A DNA stretch of 63,256 nt, filler included, from Diploschistes diacapsis (lineage: Eukaryota), in NCBI GenBank assembly GCA_023645945.1. It is 6 parts of 6 records of this genome, joined end to end, with 100 filler letters (N's around TTAATTAATTAA, not from the genome) between each part and the next. Parts side by side here need not be neighbours in the genome. Positions count along the whole stretch, not along the records: positions 6,810 to 13,518 come from JALAIB010001358.1; positions 13,619 to 20,301 come from JALAIB010001359.1; positions 20,402 to 49,699 come from JALAIB010000136.1; 3 more parts are not named here. One strand, written 5' to 3'. Positions within the stretch are counted from its first letter, which is position 1; the number at the start of each line of letters is the position of its first letter. Below, piece after piece: positions 12,513 through 25,549 of this stretch. The notes beneath the pieces were generated by a model. That model saw only the letters and a program-made list of their open reading frames with translations. It had not been told where the DNA came from and ran no database searches. The position numbers were made by a program, and so were the translations under genes.

Positions 12513-13518
12513 ATGTCGTGTCCTCCGCCACCAGGTCTGAAAGCATCTCAAACATCGTCCCAGTCATCCTCTCTCCCTCCGCGACCACCACCTCCAGCAA
12601 ATCCACAAGCCTTCTCAACGAACAACAGCCGCAGTGCCTTCTCTGCCTTGACGGGTTTTGCGCCGCGATCGGTAGCAGCACAAAGCCAGTCATACCGAAC
12701 AGACAGCCCACACATCGCCGCTGGCCCATCGGCACCACCAAGCAACTTCACCGCATCTACCACATCATACACCAGCCCTCAATACCAGCAGTCCGCAGGA
12801 CCCTCATTTTTCCCACAAGACAACAGTTACGATGACTCCTACACACAACAAACACCCCCGCAGATCCGTAACCCTTTCGTGGCACCCTCCCAAATCGCCG
12901 CCGCCAGCCGCGCCGGCTTCGGCGCCGGCGTCGATCCCGAGCTCGAAGCCCAAATAGCGCAATGGCAAAGCGCATACAGCAGCCGCGACGACAAGCGTCC
13001 CGGCGCATCCTCCGCGACGGGCGCGAACACGGGGCCACTAGGCGTGCGCTCCAGCGATCCGGTGATGACGGCCTCGGAGATCACGTCGGCCGCCAACCCC
13101 GACACCGGCGTCGCGTCCGTGGTGACGGGCGCGGACGGCAAGCAGAAGACGGTCATCCGCAAGGGCGGCGGGCAGACGTGGCAGGACCCGACGCTGCTGG
13201 AGTGGGACCCGGCACACTTCCGGCTGTTCGTGGGCAATCTGGCGGGCGAAGTGACGGACGAGAGCCTGCTGAAGGCGTTTGCCAAGTACGACTCCGTGCA
13301 GAAGGCGCGGGTGATCAGGGATAAGCGCACGACGAAGAGCCGGGGGTTTGGGTTCGTGAGTTTTTCGGACGGGGACGAGTACTTTCGCGCGGCGAAGGAG
13401 ATGCAGGGGAAATACATCGGCAGCCATCCGGTGCTGTTGAGGAAGAGTACGACGGAGATCAAGGCGACGACGCCGAGGGATCAGAGGAAGGGGAAGCATG
13501 GGAAGGGCGGGGCTGGCG
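12513..13518 (+). CDS. RRM-domain RNA-binding protein, RBM42-like (3' partial)
   Basis: R..GGQTWQDPTLLEWDPAHFRLFVGNLAGEV..KARVIRDKRT.KSRGFGFVSF..EMQGKYIGSHP; runs into the spacer. Confidence 0.88.
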
Positions 13519-13618
13519 NNNNNNNNNNNNNNNNNNNNNNNNNNNNNNNNNNNNNNNNNNNNTTAATTAATTAANNNNNNNNNNNNNNNNNNNNNNNNNN
13601 NNNNNNNNNNNNNNNNNN
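13519..13618. other. Artificial contig spacer
   Basis: N44-TTAATTAATTAA-N44. Confidence 0.99.
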
Positions 13619-15594
13619 GTCCCCGACATAACCACCCCCTGCTCCCCCACCACCAGCGTCTGCGACCCGTCCACGATCGTCGTCGGCTTTGAGAACGGGT
13701 ACGTCGTGCCTCCAATCACGACGTCGCCGGGTTGCAGTCCCAGCGTGATGCCACCCACCACGTCCAGGCTGGCACTCGGCAGAGGCGCGACGGTGGTGCC
13801 GGGGAAGGCTAGCCCGCTGGGGCCCGCGACGATGGTTTCGGACCCGACGGTTAGTGTCGTGAGGGAGGCGCCGGGGCCGATGGAGAGCGTATGGCCGTCT
13901 ACAATCGCGACTGTGGAGCCGATGTCGACTGGGATGCCGTCTACCGTTTTGGCTGTGAACGCTGCCGCTGCGACAGGTGTAATCACAGCGGCCGGTAGAG
14001 GCACGGTAGAGCTGCCTTCTACGATCGCGCTCGGACCAACGGTATAAGTAGCTCCCGCAATGGTCAAGACGGTGGAGCCGGAAGAAAGGATGCCGACGGT
14101 GGAGCCGGCAATGATGATCTGGCTGGGGTTGGCGGGGTTAACTTCTACTGTCTGCCCACCCAGTGTCACGCCGGGCACGGGCGTGATCTCAGGCGCAACA
14201 GCGCATATGGTCATGCCCCCAGGGGCCACGACGCCAGCATTGGAAGGAAGTATGGTAAACGTCTGACCGTTTACGACGGCGGTCGTTGCAAACGCAGAGG
14301 GAGGAAAGGTGCTACTGCCGATGACGATGTCGGATGAAGGGTTCTGGCTAACGGAGACGCCATTCACAGCGACGCCAGACGAGCCTAGAGAAGGCCCCGA
14401 GGCCGGAGCAGGGGAGCCAGGTGATGAGTTGCTTTGTCCGTTCCCTGAAGAGCCGCCAGACGAGGATCCTGATACGCCTGAAGAGCTCCCGGATCCACCA
14501 CTTGATGAGCCCGAGGAACTCCCAGATCCACTACCGCTCGCACCTGAAGATCCCGATGAGCCTGAAGAGCTTCCGGATCCAGTATTGCTCGAACTTAAAG
14601 ACCCATGAGAGCCCAATATGGAGCCTACGATGCTACCGATTCCGGAAGGCGAAGCTGCTCCATCGCCACTGGATGAGGAAGATGCAGATTCCTCAGAGCC
14701 CGATCCTTGTGCACTTGGCGTCCCAGAGCTCGGGATTGAAGATTTGACAGCCGCTAGAGCAGAGCTTACCAGCGCGCCCAGACCTGGAGCAATAGGATCG
14801 TCCTCCGAAACGCTTCCCCCAGAGGCTGCCGTTTGTTTGGCAGGCTGAGATGGAGAATTCTGCGCTGTGGTGGCGGCTGGTGCATAAACTGCAGGGCTTG
14901 GCGTTGGCCATGCCACGCCAGGACCCGGCGTGGAGGTGACATATACGGAAGTTTTCTTCGTGCTGGTGATTGTATAAGAGAGTTGTGTAAGTGACATGCC
15001 GGGAATACCGCCAGGGCCTATTCCTGCTGCTCCAGTTACCTGGGTGGGGTCGCCTGGGCACCATGATGGTCCGGTAATTTCGGGGGGTGGAGAGGATGCT
15101 GAAGTTGCAGCATTGCCCTGGTTGGTAGTAGTGGCATTGGGTAGTACGTATATGGTATTGCCAGGGACGGTGGTTGTCGTTGTCACGTAAATGACGCCTG
15201 ACGTTAGGGTTACGCAGGGTACAAAAGTCGGCTGCAAACTCCCGTCGTCAGACGCAGTTGATGTGTGCAAGGGGTCCACAGGGAGACCAGCCGGATGCGT
15301 GATGCAGTCTATATTGGCATTGTTGTCACAATGAGGGGAGGTCAGGCTGGATGTCGTGGTCGTGCTGGTGGAGCGTGAGATCGTTGAAGTTGAACTGTTC
15401 GACCATGGCAACTGGGTAGAAGCTATTGTACTCGTCGTCCAAGTCCCAGAGGACGTGGTTGGTTCCGGCTCAACTATCGATATAAGAGTGCTGTCTCAGG
15501 GAAGAAGTCCCTTCGTCAACGTACTATCCGTGATCTGACTGAAACTTGCCCCTACGCCCCAGGCCCCTAATAGTAACGACAGCAGAAGCATCAT
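13619..15594 (-). CDS. Secreted Ser/Thr/Gly-rich mucin-like / cell-wall protein with beta-rich repeats (3' partial); intron 15474-15524
   Basis: Signal-peptide-like MMLLLSLLLGAWGVGA; GTACGT..TAG intron joins it in frame to the 614-aa ORF; SG-rich linker; repeats like VNGQTFTI, LGGQTVEV, IAGATYTVG, VDGHTLSIG. Confidence 0.75.
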
Positions 15595-16655
15595 TCCGAC
15601 AACCGTTCTTAAAATCTGCGTATGTTATGCCCTAAGATACATAAAGGGATTGACAAGGAAAGAATATGGTCGGAGAGGAAGGAGATTAACAAAAGACTAT
15701 AGTAAAGACTGTAAGACCCGATAGCAAGCGAATGGCCGGGTTGAAGGAAAGATACTGTAAACACGAAGAATGAAGATATCAACTACAAAGAACGTCGAGG
15801 CGCTCAGGCCATGCAAAAACGAGTGAAGGAATCCAGTGTATGTTCGTATCTGCGAAAGAATACGTCAAACACGTCTTATTGTGCAGGCAGTAACTGCAGA
15901 GCCACGAGGCGTGGGAGCCCTCGATATGGGAAAGGGTAGCATTCCAAGAGGCGGACCGTTCGGCATTATCCCATTTCAGCATGCTATCACAGACGACAGA
16001 ACCCTTTGAGATGAAGAGATGCAACCAACTGGAGAGTAGAGTATGGTCAATCAACCGGCTTTGAATTAAGCTTGACCAGAGCGTTTCCTGCAAAGGTAGC
16101 GTCCCTCAGCTGCTAATCCGTACGGCTGTGGATCATTGGCCAAGGAGTCACGAGGCTGTCGTTACATATTGCATCTGTAACACTGCAAATGGTACGTTAT
16201 GGGCCCTCCCTTTCCATGGGACAGTTCATGAACCTCATAGACGAGTAACAATATAGCTGTTAGGCCGGGCTGAGCTGGGAGAAACGGCGCGAGCTGGTGG
16301 TCCTGCTAATACGAGGCACAAAGCGGCGCGCAATTATTGACATATTTTCCTTGCTCTTTTCTTCTTGGAACACATCTCTTGATTTTCCTACTGCTGTTGA
16401 ATAGAGTAAGCCTTCGAAATGCGCTTCTTGTTGTGGCGCCGAAGTGGCTTTCCCCCTCGCAGCGTTTGGAAACTGCAGATCGTTGGTAAATCCTTAGAGT
16501 GGTGGCTGAGAGCCTGAGACCTGAGAAATGGAAAAGTAGAAGTAGATAGAGTCTGTGGTTGTAACTTGTTGGAGCCAAGAGCTGAAGGCTAGATACGAGA
16601 ACTATGAGGTTTGCGGTTAGTGTCGCCACAACGCCATTTCAATCCTACTCTACTC

Positions 16656-16717
16656 CAACACAACAACAACTGAACTGAACAGAACAGAACTGAACAGAAC
16701 AGAACAGAACAGAACAG
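16656..16717. repeat. Microsatellite (CAA)n followed by (GAACA/GAACT)n
   Basis: caacaacaac tgaactgaac agaacagaac tgaacagaac agaacagaac agaacag. Confidence 0.9.
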
Positions 16718-17165
16718 CTAGACTGAAACAGCACGGTCTCTATCTCATTCAGTCCATCCCATCGTCTATGGCCCATGGCCCGTGGCCCATGGGTCATCGA
16801 CTCATCGACTCATCGCCTTCGCGGGCCTTACCTTGACCCACACTACATGCTGACATCTGAATCTTCAGGTAGGTAACAGGCTCTTCCTGCTTCCATTCCT
16901 CTGCCCTCTTGTGCCTGTCATCTCTTTCGTGCATTCTCAGAAGCGTTGTCTCCGATAGCTGTTGAGTCAGTCATATTCCCGACTTTCCTTCATATCTACC
17001 TAATATCAGATCCGTGGCGCCCGTCAAAAGATCAAAAGAGATCCATCCGTTCCGTTCGGGCGTCGGTGCGTTTGGGGCCACCAAGCTCGAAGCGTTTTCC
17101 CTAGGATACGGAGGTCAGAAACATGCTGTACTTTGTGGCTTCACAATGATACTGTAACTGCAAGA

Positions 17166-19348
17166 ATGCATATAACCCAGACACCCTTTGCGCGGTGCTT
17201 GCTAAGCTTGCTCTGGCTGGAATATCTGCCTCGAGCTGCCAGTCAGTCCGCAATAAGTGTAGAACCTTATACAACAAACTGGTAAGGTCCGGCGCTCAAA
17301 TGCACTCTTTTACATACTTAGAAGCGCAGGATTGGCTATGATGGAACTTGGTCGCCCTTCACCGTCAAAGTAGGCACGCCCCCACAATGGGTATATCTCT
17401 TTCCTAGCACATCCACGTCGGAGACCTGGGTCATTGGTGCTTCCGGCTGCGGTGGTCAGATACAGTGTCAAAGCGCACGAGGAGGTGCTTTCCTTGCCAA
17501 TCAGTCCAGCACCTTTGTATCCGAGGGCGACTACAATCTTGGCCTCGATTCCAACCTTGGCTTCTCGGGATCGGGCTACTATGGACTGGACTCTATTCAG
17601 CTGACGTAAGTCAATAGATAAGTGCGGGTTGTAGAGTGGAGCTGACAGGAAACAGCGACAATGCCGCCGAGGAGGGTCAGGTCATTGCCATTGTCAACGA
17701 CACCGAGACGTGGACCGGCTTGCTCGGCCTCGGTGTCCAAGGAGCGACCTTTGTCCAGGGGGACGACAAATCTCTTTTGGACTCTCTTTCTAGCGGCAAC
17801 GATACCCTCATTCCAAGCCTGTCCTATGGCTTTACTGCTGGAGCATCGTACCGCCTCAAGCAGGTTCCGGGCTCACTAACGCTCGGCGGCTACGACGCTG
17901 CTCGCATCCAGCCCAACGACAACACCTTCGCTCTCGATTCGAACCAGCAGCCTACAGTGACGCTGAGCTCCATAGAGGCATCCGGATGGAACAACAGCAA
18001 CGTTACACTGTTCGGCTCGACCGACCAGGGCCTCTTCACCATCGACTCCTCCACGCCCTTCCTCTGGCTTCCCGAGGCTGCGGCCTTGCGCTTCGAGCAA
18101 ACCTTTGGCCTCGAGTACAACGACACTCTCCAGCTCTACTTCTATCCCAACCACTCTGCCCCAAACAGTTCCCTCCTCTCAGCCCTGAGCGATTGCACCT
18201 TCACTTTCACCCTCTCCGACCTGTCCGACTCCAAACAAACCCTTGTCCTCCCCCTCCCCGGCCAAGCTTTCACCTCCCTCTCCCTCTCATACGGCTACCC
18301 TGGCCTTTCACTCGCAGCTACCACCGATTCCATCCCCTACTGGCCTATCCGTAAGGCCGCCAATTCAACGCAGTACACGCTTGGCCGTATGTTCCTGCAA
18401 GAAACCTACTTGACGGTAGACTACGAGCGCAACAATTTTTCCCTCTCCCAAGCGGTCTTCAGCGAGTATGCTCTTACGAACAGGCAGGTTATTGACATTC
18501 CTTCCATCAACGGCACCTCTCAGTCCCCATCTTCATCCCCACATCCTTCCCAAGGCCTCAACACAGGCGGCGTTATCGGTCTCGTCGTGGGCTGCATCTG
18601 TATCCTCTTCATCGTCCTCGGCACCCTTGCCATCCTTTGCGTCCGCAAACACCGCTATACTTCTTACAGGAACAAAAACCGCAAGGACGCAACCACCCTC
18701 GCCGAGCTTTCCAGTGCAGTGGAGATCACTGAACTGCACGGCACGCCGAGTCTTACTGCCGTCGACAACGAACCGGTGGAATTCCCCACTCCCATGGCCA
18801 AATCCGTCGTTCTGGGCGTCGACCACGACCCTTTCATGCCTGTCGAGCTGCCTCTACGGACAAGTGTAGACTGTGGCCGCGGTGTGGACTTTCTGCCGCC
18901 GACCTACGCTGCGTCCACCGTCAGCCACAGTGGTTCGAGTTTCCACCGCCAGGAATATACTAGAGCACCATCGCCAGGTGGAGTATCACCGCTGTTACCG
19001 CCTACGCGTGGGGCTGAGTCGTGCTCGGGCTCTGAGAAGGACAGAGGGACGTGGTATGTCTCCAGCGAGAGTGAGAAAGGGACGAACGAGAGCCGGTGGC
19101 ATGCTCTGGATCCTGTTTCGAGGGCCTCGCAGTCGACGGCTAGAGAATTGGCGATTCATGTGGTTGAAGGCTCAGAAAGAGCGCGTGTGGATTTGGAGAG
19201 ATCTACGTTTGCGAATGAGGATGGGCGGGAGGACAGAGGAGAAAGAGCAAGGGAAAGGGGGAGCGGAGCAGAGGTGTATGGCGCAATGCCCGACACGCTG
19301 AGGGCGATGGGCGATGCGCAGAGATTTAGCTGGGAGAGCCTGGGTTGA
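17166..19348 (+). CDS. Type I membrane pepsin-like (peptidase A1 fold) protein with degenerate first catalytic motif; introns 17282-17329 and 17606-17655
   Basis: Signal-like N-terminus; DGTWSPFTVKVGTPPQ..FPSTSTSETWV, GLLGLG, GSLTLGGYD, IDSSTPFLWLP, LGRMFLQETYLTVDYERNNF; TM helix GGVIGLVVGCICILFIVLGTLAILCV-RK; long cytoplasmic tail. Confidence 0.85.
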
Positions 19349-19770
19349 AGGATTTTGGGATTGTCGAACCGCTGACACGCCGCGGCACTTGTTGCCATCC
19401 ACAATGACCAAAACAGGGCCTGGCGGGTAGATCAACGCGCCCATGCTACCCGCAAGCAGCACCTGTGACACCAACTCTCCGTTACCAAGGCGCTATCGCT
19501 CGAAGCATATCACACGCTTTCTTTCGGATGTCTAGGCTCCAGATTGCCAACCGGAAGTATCCCACATATATGACATTAGCACGATGTTGTGCAACGTCAT
19601 GGGAGATTACATGTCATTCAGTAGGTAGGGTGCGTGAGCGCTCACCGCCTCTATCGCCACGGGCCTAACAGAACGAGTTGCGCCCACAGGGATCAAGGGC
19701 AGAGAAGGAAGTGGGAGCGGAGAAAAAGTCACTTCATTCCGGCATTCTGGCGATTGCTCCTAGAGAGGGC

Positions 19771-19822
19771 TGGATGGGGCCATCGTGTCGACGGATGGGG
19801 TCATCGTGTCGACGGATGGGAT
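19771..19822. repeat. 21-nt tandem repeat (~2.5 copies)
   Basis: ggatggggccatcgtgtcgac ggatggggtcatcgtgtcgac ggatggg. Confidence 0.85.
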
Positions 19823-20301
19823 GCGAAGGATCAGGAATTAGACTTTGGAGCAACGTGGACGGGGGGGAGGGAGATGGGGCCCAGAGACAAGAGAGAGCAG
19901 CAGGACAGCCAAGAAAGACCAAGGCGGGGAAGAAGGAGGGGGGGAAAAAGCAGCTTTTGCTCCCCGATGTGATTTGGCTGCAAGCAAGGAGATACCTTTC
20001 TGCGACACCCAAATCATTTACATGGGACGGATATATATATATTACCCGGTTCAGCATAATTCCCCATCTCTTATTAATATTTTTTATTTGAATCCAGTTT
20101 AAACCAAAACGCCAATGCGGGGGGCGTCCGGGGCGTCAGACTACCGATGCATGCACCCCCCCCACCTTTTTCCTCCCACGTTTACATCATATATTATGGT
20201 CGCCGTCGTCGTCGCCCGTCGCCGACTGTCGCCGTTAACACACTCCCCCCCACCATCAAAACCAAGGCGGCAAGAAGCGCGGCAAGAGGGTGGTTTGGGG
20301 G

Positions 20302-20401
20302 NNNNNNNNNNNNNNNNNNNNNNNNNNNNNNNNNNNNNNNNNNNNTTAATTAATTAANNNNNNNNNNNNNNNNNNNNNNNNNNNNNNNNNNNNNNNNNNN
20401 N
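20302..20401. other. Artificial contig spacer
   Basis: N44-TTAATTAATTAA-N44. Confidence 0.99.
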
Positions 20402-21401
20402 GCGCTGAAGGCGTGGCCGGGCGGGTTGCAGGTTGGAGGCGGTGTAGATGAGGGGAATGCCGGGAATTGGATAAAGGGTGGGGCGGAGAAGGTGAGGAGA
20501 GCCATTGACGCATCTTTTGCGAATTTTTTTTTGTTGGGGGAGGTTCGGGCTTCTTGTGGGAAAGGGGGGTGCGGTGGAAAACGATGGGGGTCATTGGTCA
20601 TGAAGGACGAGTTTTGCGCTGTAGTAGTATCTCATCGAGAGGCTGGACTGGGCACACAGTGCTGCTTTCTCGTATCAATACTGATACAAGCAGTGCAGGT
20701 TATCGTAACGAGCTATCTATTTCCCAACGGCAAATTCTCCATGGACCGGCTACAAGGCGTGCTGGAGGCGTTGGGGGGCGACAAGGAGAAGCTGGTGATC
20801 GATCTCAGCTGTCGACGGCAACAGGCGCCCGGCGATGCAAACGAGGATGGAGAGGGCGAGGTGCGCTGGGTAGTGGCGACAGACAAGTGGCAGCGGCTGG
20901 CGGACTTGGAGGTCAATGCTGGTTCGTGCATCTCCTTTCCGCCCATCCTTCCTCCTAGCTATTCCCCATTCCTCCCCTCTTCTCTCCCGCTCTCGCTCCC
21001 CCCAACGAGGGCTTCCAACCCGATCTCTCCTCACGTGTCAACAACAACCACTGCCGAAAACGTACCCACTAAACCACCCCCTCTCCCCCCCTCCAGAATC
21101 AATAGCGATGCTCTCCCCCCACTGCTCCGAGTTCCTCATCCACGCCGCCGACAACGAAGGCCTGCAACGCGGCATCGACGAGGCGCTCGTGCAGAAGCTG
21201 GGCGAGTGGTGCAGCATCCCGGTCACGTACGCGGGCGGGGGCTCGTCTGTGGCGGACCTGGAGCTCGTGGACCGGCTGAGCCGGGGCCGGGTGGATCTGA
21301 CGATTGGGAGTGCGCTGGATATTTTTGGCGGAAGCGGGGTCAGATTCGGGGAGTGTGTGGAGTGGAATAGTAGGGCGGCGTCTGGCTCGGAAAGTAGGTG
21401 A
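20402..21401 (+). CDS. HIS6: ProFAR isomerase, histidine biosynthesis (5' partial); introns 20492-20698 and 20922-21096
   Basis: [44 protein letters not shown]..|[44 protein letters not shown]. Confidence 0.93.
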
Positions 21402-21794
21402 AAGGGGGTTGAAGGTGGCGCAAGCAATGGAGAGCAGATGGAGGATGCGGTCTGTTGGGTAGTCCCGATGGAAAGCCTGGGGACTTGGTCGGTGGGGTTA
21501 CGCACACGGCCTCCAGGGGATGTATGTCTTTTGGCCCTGATGATAAAAGTTTTTCTGCTTGCTATGTACAGCTATCCATCCTATTTCTCCTGTCCACTAA
21601 CAACTCGTTAATTGAGTTAAGGTTATAAAGACCCAACGCCTAACGCCCCCTGATCTCAGCCGTTTTCGTATGCTTACCCGTCCTAGCCAGACCAAAACCC
21701 ACGTGGAGGGTGGATTATGCATGTATATGTATCCTTCTATCACCCAAAGGAAACGGGAAAGCAAAATCATGTCTCGTACACCATCACGCGGCAA

Positions 21795-23839
21795 TTATAC
21801 TTGAGCTCTGCCACCCGCACCCGCACCTCCTGCTTCTGGCCCTCCTCCCTCCTCGTCCCCGTTATCCGCCCCAGTTCTAGACTCCTGCAACAGCTTCCCC
21901 TTCTCTTTCCCCCCGCCCCTCAACCACCTCCTCATCTTCCACCACCCGCCAATGGCGTCCTGGCTCCGACTCTGACTGGCCCTCCTTTCTCCACCACTAC
22001 CCTCTCCCCCTACAGACGCGTGTCTCGATCTCCTCCATCTGCCTCGATAGCTCCTCCCCGTCCCGCTTCGCGCCAACAGCCCCGTCCTCTCATCCGCCAC
22101 CTCCTCTCCGCCCTCGCCGCTCTCCACTCCCTCTTCGATAGCCGCACTGGGAGGCCGCAGCCGCCTGGGCGTCAGCGCCCTTCCTGCGCCCCAGCTCGAT
22201 CGACGCCGCGAGGATATGGGTGATAGCACAGGCGTGGGCGCGTCTTCTTCGAGCTCGCTCCAGATTTCGTCCGCTTCATGCGAAAATGATATCGTTTTCC
22301 TCCGGTTCCGCTGCCCAAGGAGCCCGAGCGATGAGGGAGACATGTGCGGCGACGTGCGTGGAGGCGGGGAAATGGATGGCTGGGGGAGACGGATGTTTCT
22401 CCTGGGCTTTTCTTTTAGGGTGGGAAGGTTTGTCGTTGATGTCGTTGCGGGGTGTGCGGAGGCGGTGCCGTAAGCGGTGGGCTGCTGCGTCAGAGAGGCA
22501 GAGGTTAGCTTGGCGGGCATGGTAATAGAACGGCTGGGTGGTGGTAAGAGTGATGTAGACAGTTCATGTTCGTGCTCGTCTTCATATTGTGAGCTGAGAA
22601 GAGGGGAGGTGGAGGTTTCGGAGTCGGAGTCTGTGGGAACGAAGCCCATGCCCGGAGTTAGGGGCGTTTGGCTGAGGGCAGGCTTGGTTATGGAATCGGA
22701 GTTGAGGCGCCAAGAAAGGCATACGACGCCAGTGAGAAGGATTAGGGTGCCAAGGGCAATCTGAAGTGCATGTGAGCTCGAAGGATGAAATTGAGGCTTG
22801 GGTGTGCAATACCATTAGAGCTGCAAGGACGTTGAGCCTTGAAGCTTGACGAAAGTAGATTAAGCCGTCTAGAATAGCTATAATGTTATACACGCAAAAA
22901 ACAAAGGGGTATAAAACGCTAGTCGAGCACAGCTTCAAGCCACGATGTAGGAAATATAACTGAGAGAGCGCCAAGGCACCCAGGCCGAGAAGGATGATCC
23001 AAGAGGGGACACGATTGAATTGGTTGTCCCCCGCGACGATCGTCCGGACCAGAAGCTCGACTGCAGATTTGGCCACTAGCAGTGAATGTGCAGAGAGTAT
23101 GCCGCTAATGGCCCCGTAAGACATTCCGCGGAACCGCCTCATCCGGGGGCTGTTGCTGTTCTGTCCGCCTAGTAACTTCAGAGTTCGAGATCCGATGAGT
23201 ATTGCGACGACGGCGATTGCGGTGCCAACCATCCAGAGCACGAATTGCCATCTTCCTAAGAGCTCGAGCAATTGGTCGAGGCTATGAGCTGGCTCACTAA
23301 TAGCGCCAAAGCTCGCAATCAACCCGGCTCCTCCGGCTACCAGGATGGTTCCTGCAAGCGAATAACGAGTAAAGGGCTCGCCGAGTATGAGGGTAGCGCA
23401 TATCGAATTGAATACGAGCCCGGACTGCCGATTGTTTTTAGTATAATCACATAGCAAGCGAGATATAACGTACCGCTTGAAGTGTAGAAAGGACAGGTAA
23501 TGGTAGAGTGGTGATCTGAATGGTGCTGCCCACAAGGTTCGAGACGATGAACATGAGCATTCCCAGCTTTAGCCCATCAGCAGTTTCTCTCCCCAACGTA
23601 GAAGGCTTTTCATCCCCACCTGCCATCGTCTTCGTTTGTATGGCGGCCGCCGAGTGGCTTGGAACTCCTTCTCATCTTCGAGCATGTGCGACTTTCGTTG
23701 CAATGTTAGACCTAGACTTTGTACGCTTGTAGAGACTAGGCCGACGACTATTCCGAGCTTCCAGAATGTCAACTTTTGCTTATGGAGCTGGAACTACATG
23801 GCTTACCGCTACATTGCCCCCTTGGGGCATATCGTCCAT
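21795..23839 (-). CDS. NIPA-type (DUF803) magnesium transporter-like membrane protein, multi-exon
   Basis: MDDMPQGGNVA|LGIVVGLVSTSVQSLGLTLQRKSH..PPYKRRRWQ..SGLVFNSICATLILGEPF..SGILSAHSLLVAKSAVEL..QLYFLHRGLKLCSTSVLYPFVFC. Confidence 0.85.
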
Positions 23840-24742
23840 TGGATGTATCCGGTCCCAACAAGTGCATTGATGCGTGTCACGAAATGGCTGATAAGCGGAC
23901 AGTAATCCAGCTCCACAGAGGGACTTAACCTCCAAGACTGTCAAGGCAAGGGATATATGAGATGTTGAAAGGGATAATCATGCAAATTTGACATAGCGAC
24001 AATCATGTGATATCGTATCGAGGGCTGCTGAAGCGGTCAGCAGCGTACTGTAAATGCGTAGCCGTACCTACAGTATTATTGTGCATGCAGTGGCCATCAA
24101 ACGGACATCACTTTCGGCGTTGCAAGCAGAGCCGGGGGCAGTTATTCTGACCGAAATAAACGCTATTACATAAGTAAATTATCGGAGTTGACACTTCCGA
24201 TCTTTCTGAATTTTCTATGTCTTCCCACTACATCTTAATATACGTGCACGGTTTATTTGAAGCAAAGAATATCGAAGGTAACGGTGACTAGACTAAATTA
24301 ATGACTCTGATTCGAATGGTGATATTTGTTTTAAAGGAGCGTGGGTGTAAAAAAACTTATAATAAACATCACTTGAAAGATCCGCAAAAAGGGCGTAAAG
24401 GCTAATGGTAAAATATATATTTATTTCGGTCACAATAACTGCTCTGGCAGAGCCGGTCCCACCAAGTCCGATCCGCCTGATCCTACTGTATACCAACAAC
24501 GCTCATTTGAACTCGCTTTTTGGGCAATAACGATCAAGGTATACTCCATTGTACTTCTTGTATCTGCAATAGTCGAAGGGGTTTTGACCTGATCAAGCCG
24601 CTTCTATAGGATTGCCCGAAGGCGTAATTAATTGCAGGCTTCCATACCACTTCCAGTCACTACGTAACTTGAACGGTCTTGTCAATAATTCAACTTCTAA
24701 TACAGCCCCCCTCCCTCTGCCTGTACTTGGAATACCGACACA

Positions 24743-25549
24743 ATGGCGCACGCAATGTCCGACGACCAGGCAAGCAGCACCTCTCCCCCTCCCCTCAACG
24801 CATCCCCAGTCCTAACAAGACCCCAAGGTCGCCGGCGAGCTCAAAAAAATGACCATGTTCATCCGCCAAGAAGCCATGGAAAAAGCCAAGGAGATACAGA
24901 TAAAAGCTGACGAGGAATTTGCCATCGAGAAATCTAAATTGGTCCGCCAGGAAACCGCCGCTATCGACACCCAGTACGAGAAGAAGTTTAAGCAGGCCTC
25001 CATGTCCCAGCAGATCACGCGCTCCACGCTGTCCAACAAGACCCGCTTGAAGGTCCTTTCGGCCCGGCAGGAGCTGCTGGACGAGCTCTTCGAGAAGGCA
25101 CAGGGCAAGCTGGGGGGCTACACGAAGGATAAGGGGAAGTACCAGGAGATTTGCAAGGGTTTGATTCTGGAGGGGTTGTACATGCTGAACGAGGACAAGG
25201 TGCTGGTTAGGGCGCGGAAGCAGGATTATGAGGTGGTGAGGAAGGCGTTTGAGGGGACCAAGGAGGAGTACAAGAGGAATTTTGATAGAGAGGTGGAGCT
25301 GCAGCTGGACGAGAAGAATCCGTTGCCCGAGGATTCGTAAGTACCTGGGCTTGTTTTGAGATTTTGTGATATAGCGTTGCTGACGTGTGCGCGTACAGAG
25401 CTGGTGGTGTGTGGATTGTCGGCGGCGGAGGCAAGATAGACATCAATAACACCCTTGACGAGCGCTTGCGGCTGCTGGAGCATGATGCGCTGCCCATGGT
25501 GCGCCAGAAGCTGTTTGGCGCAAACCAGAACAGGCGTTTCCACGATTGA
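24743..25549 (+). CDS. VMA4: V-type H+-ATPase subunit E; introns 24770-24827 (GC-AG) and 25337-25398
   Basis: MAHAMSDDQ|VAGELKKMTMFIRQEAMEKAKEIQIKADEEFAIEKSKLV..|SAGGV..GKIDINNTLDERL..LFGANQNRRFHD*. Confidence 0.96.

Noticed and set aside
19465..20301. Several ~100-aa ORFs downstream of the protease-like gene
   Set aside because: Low-complexity, homopolymer-rich DNA with no protein motif
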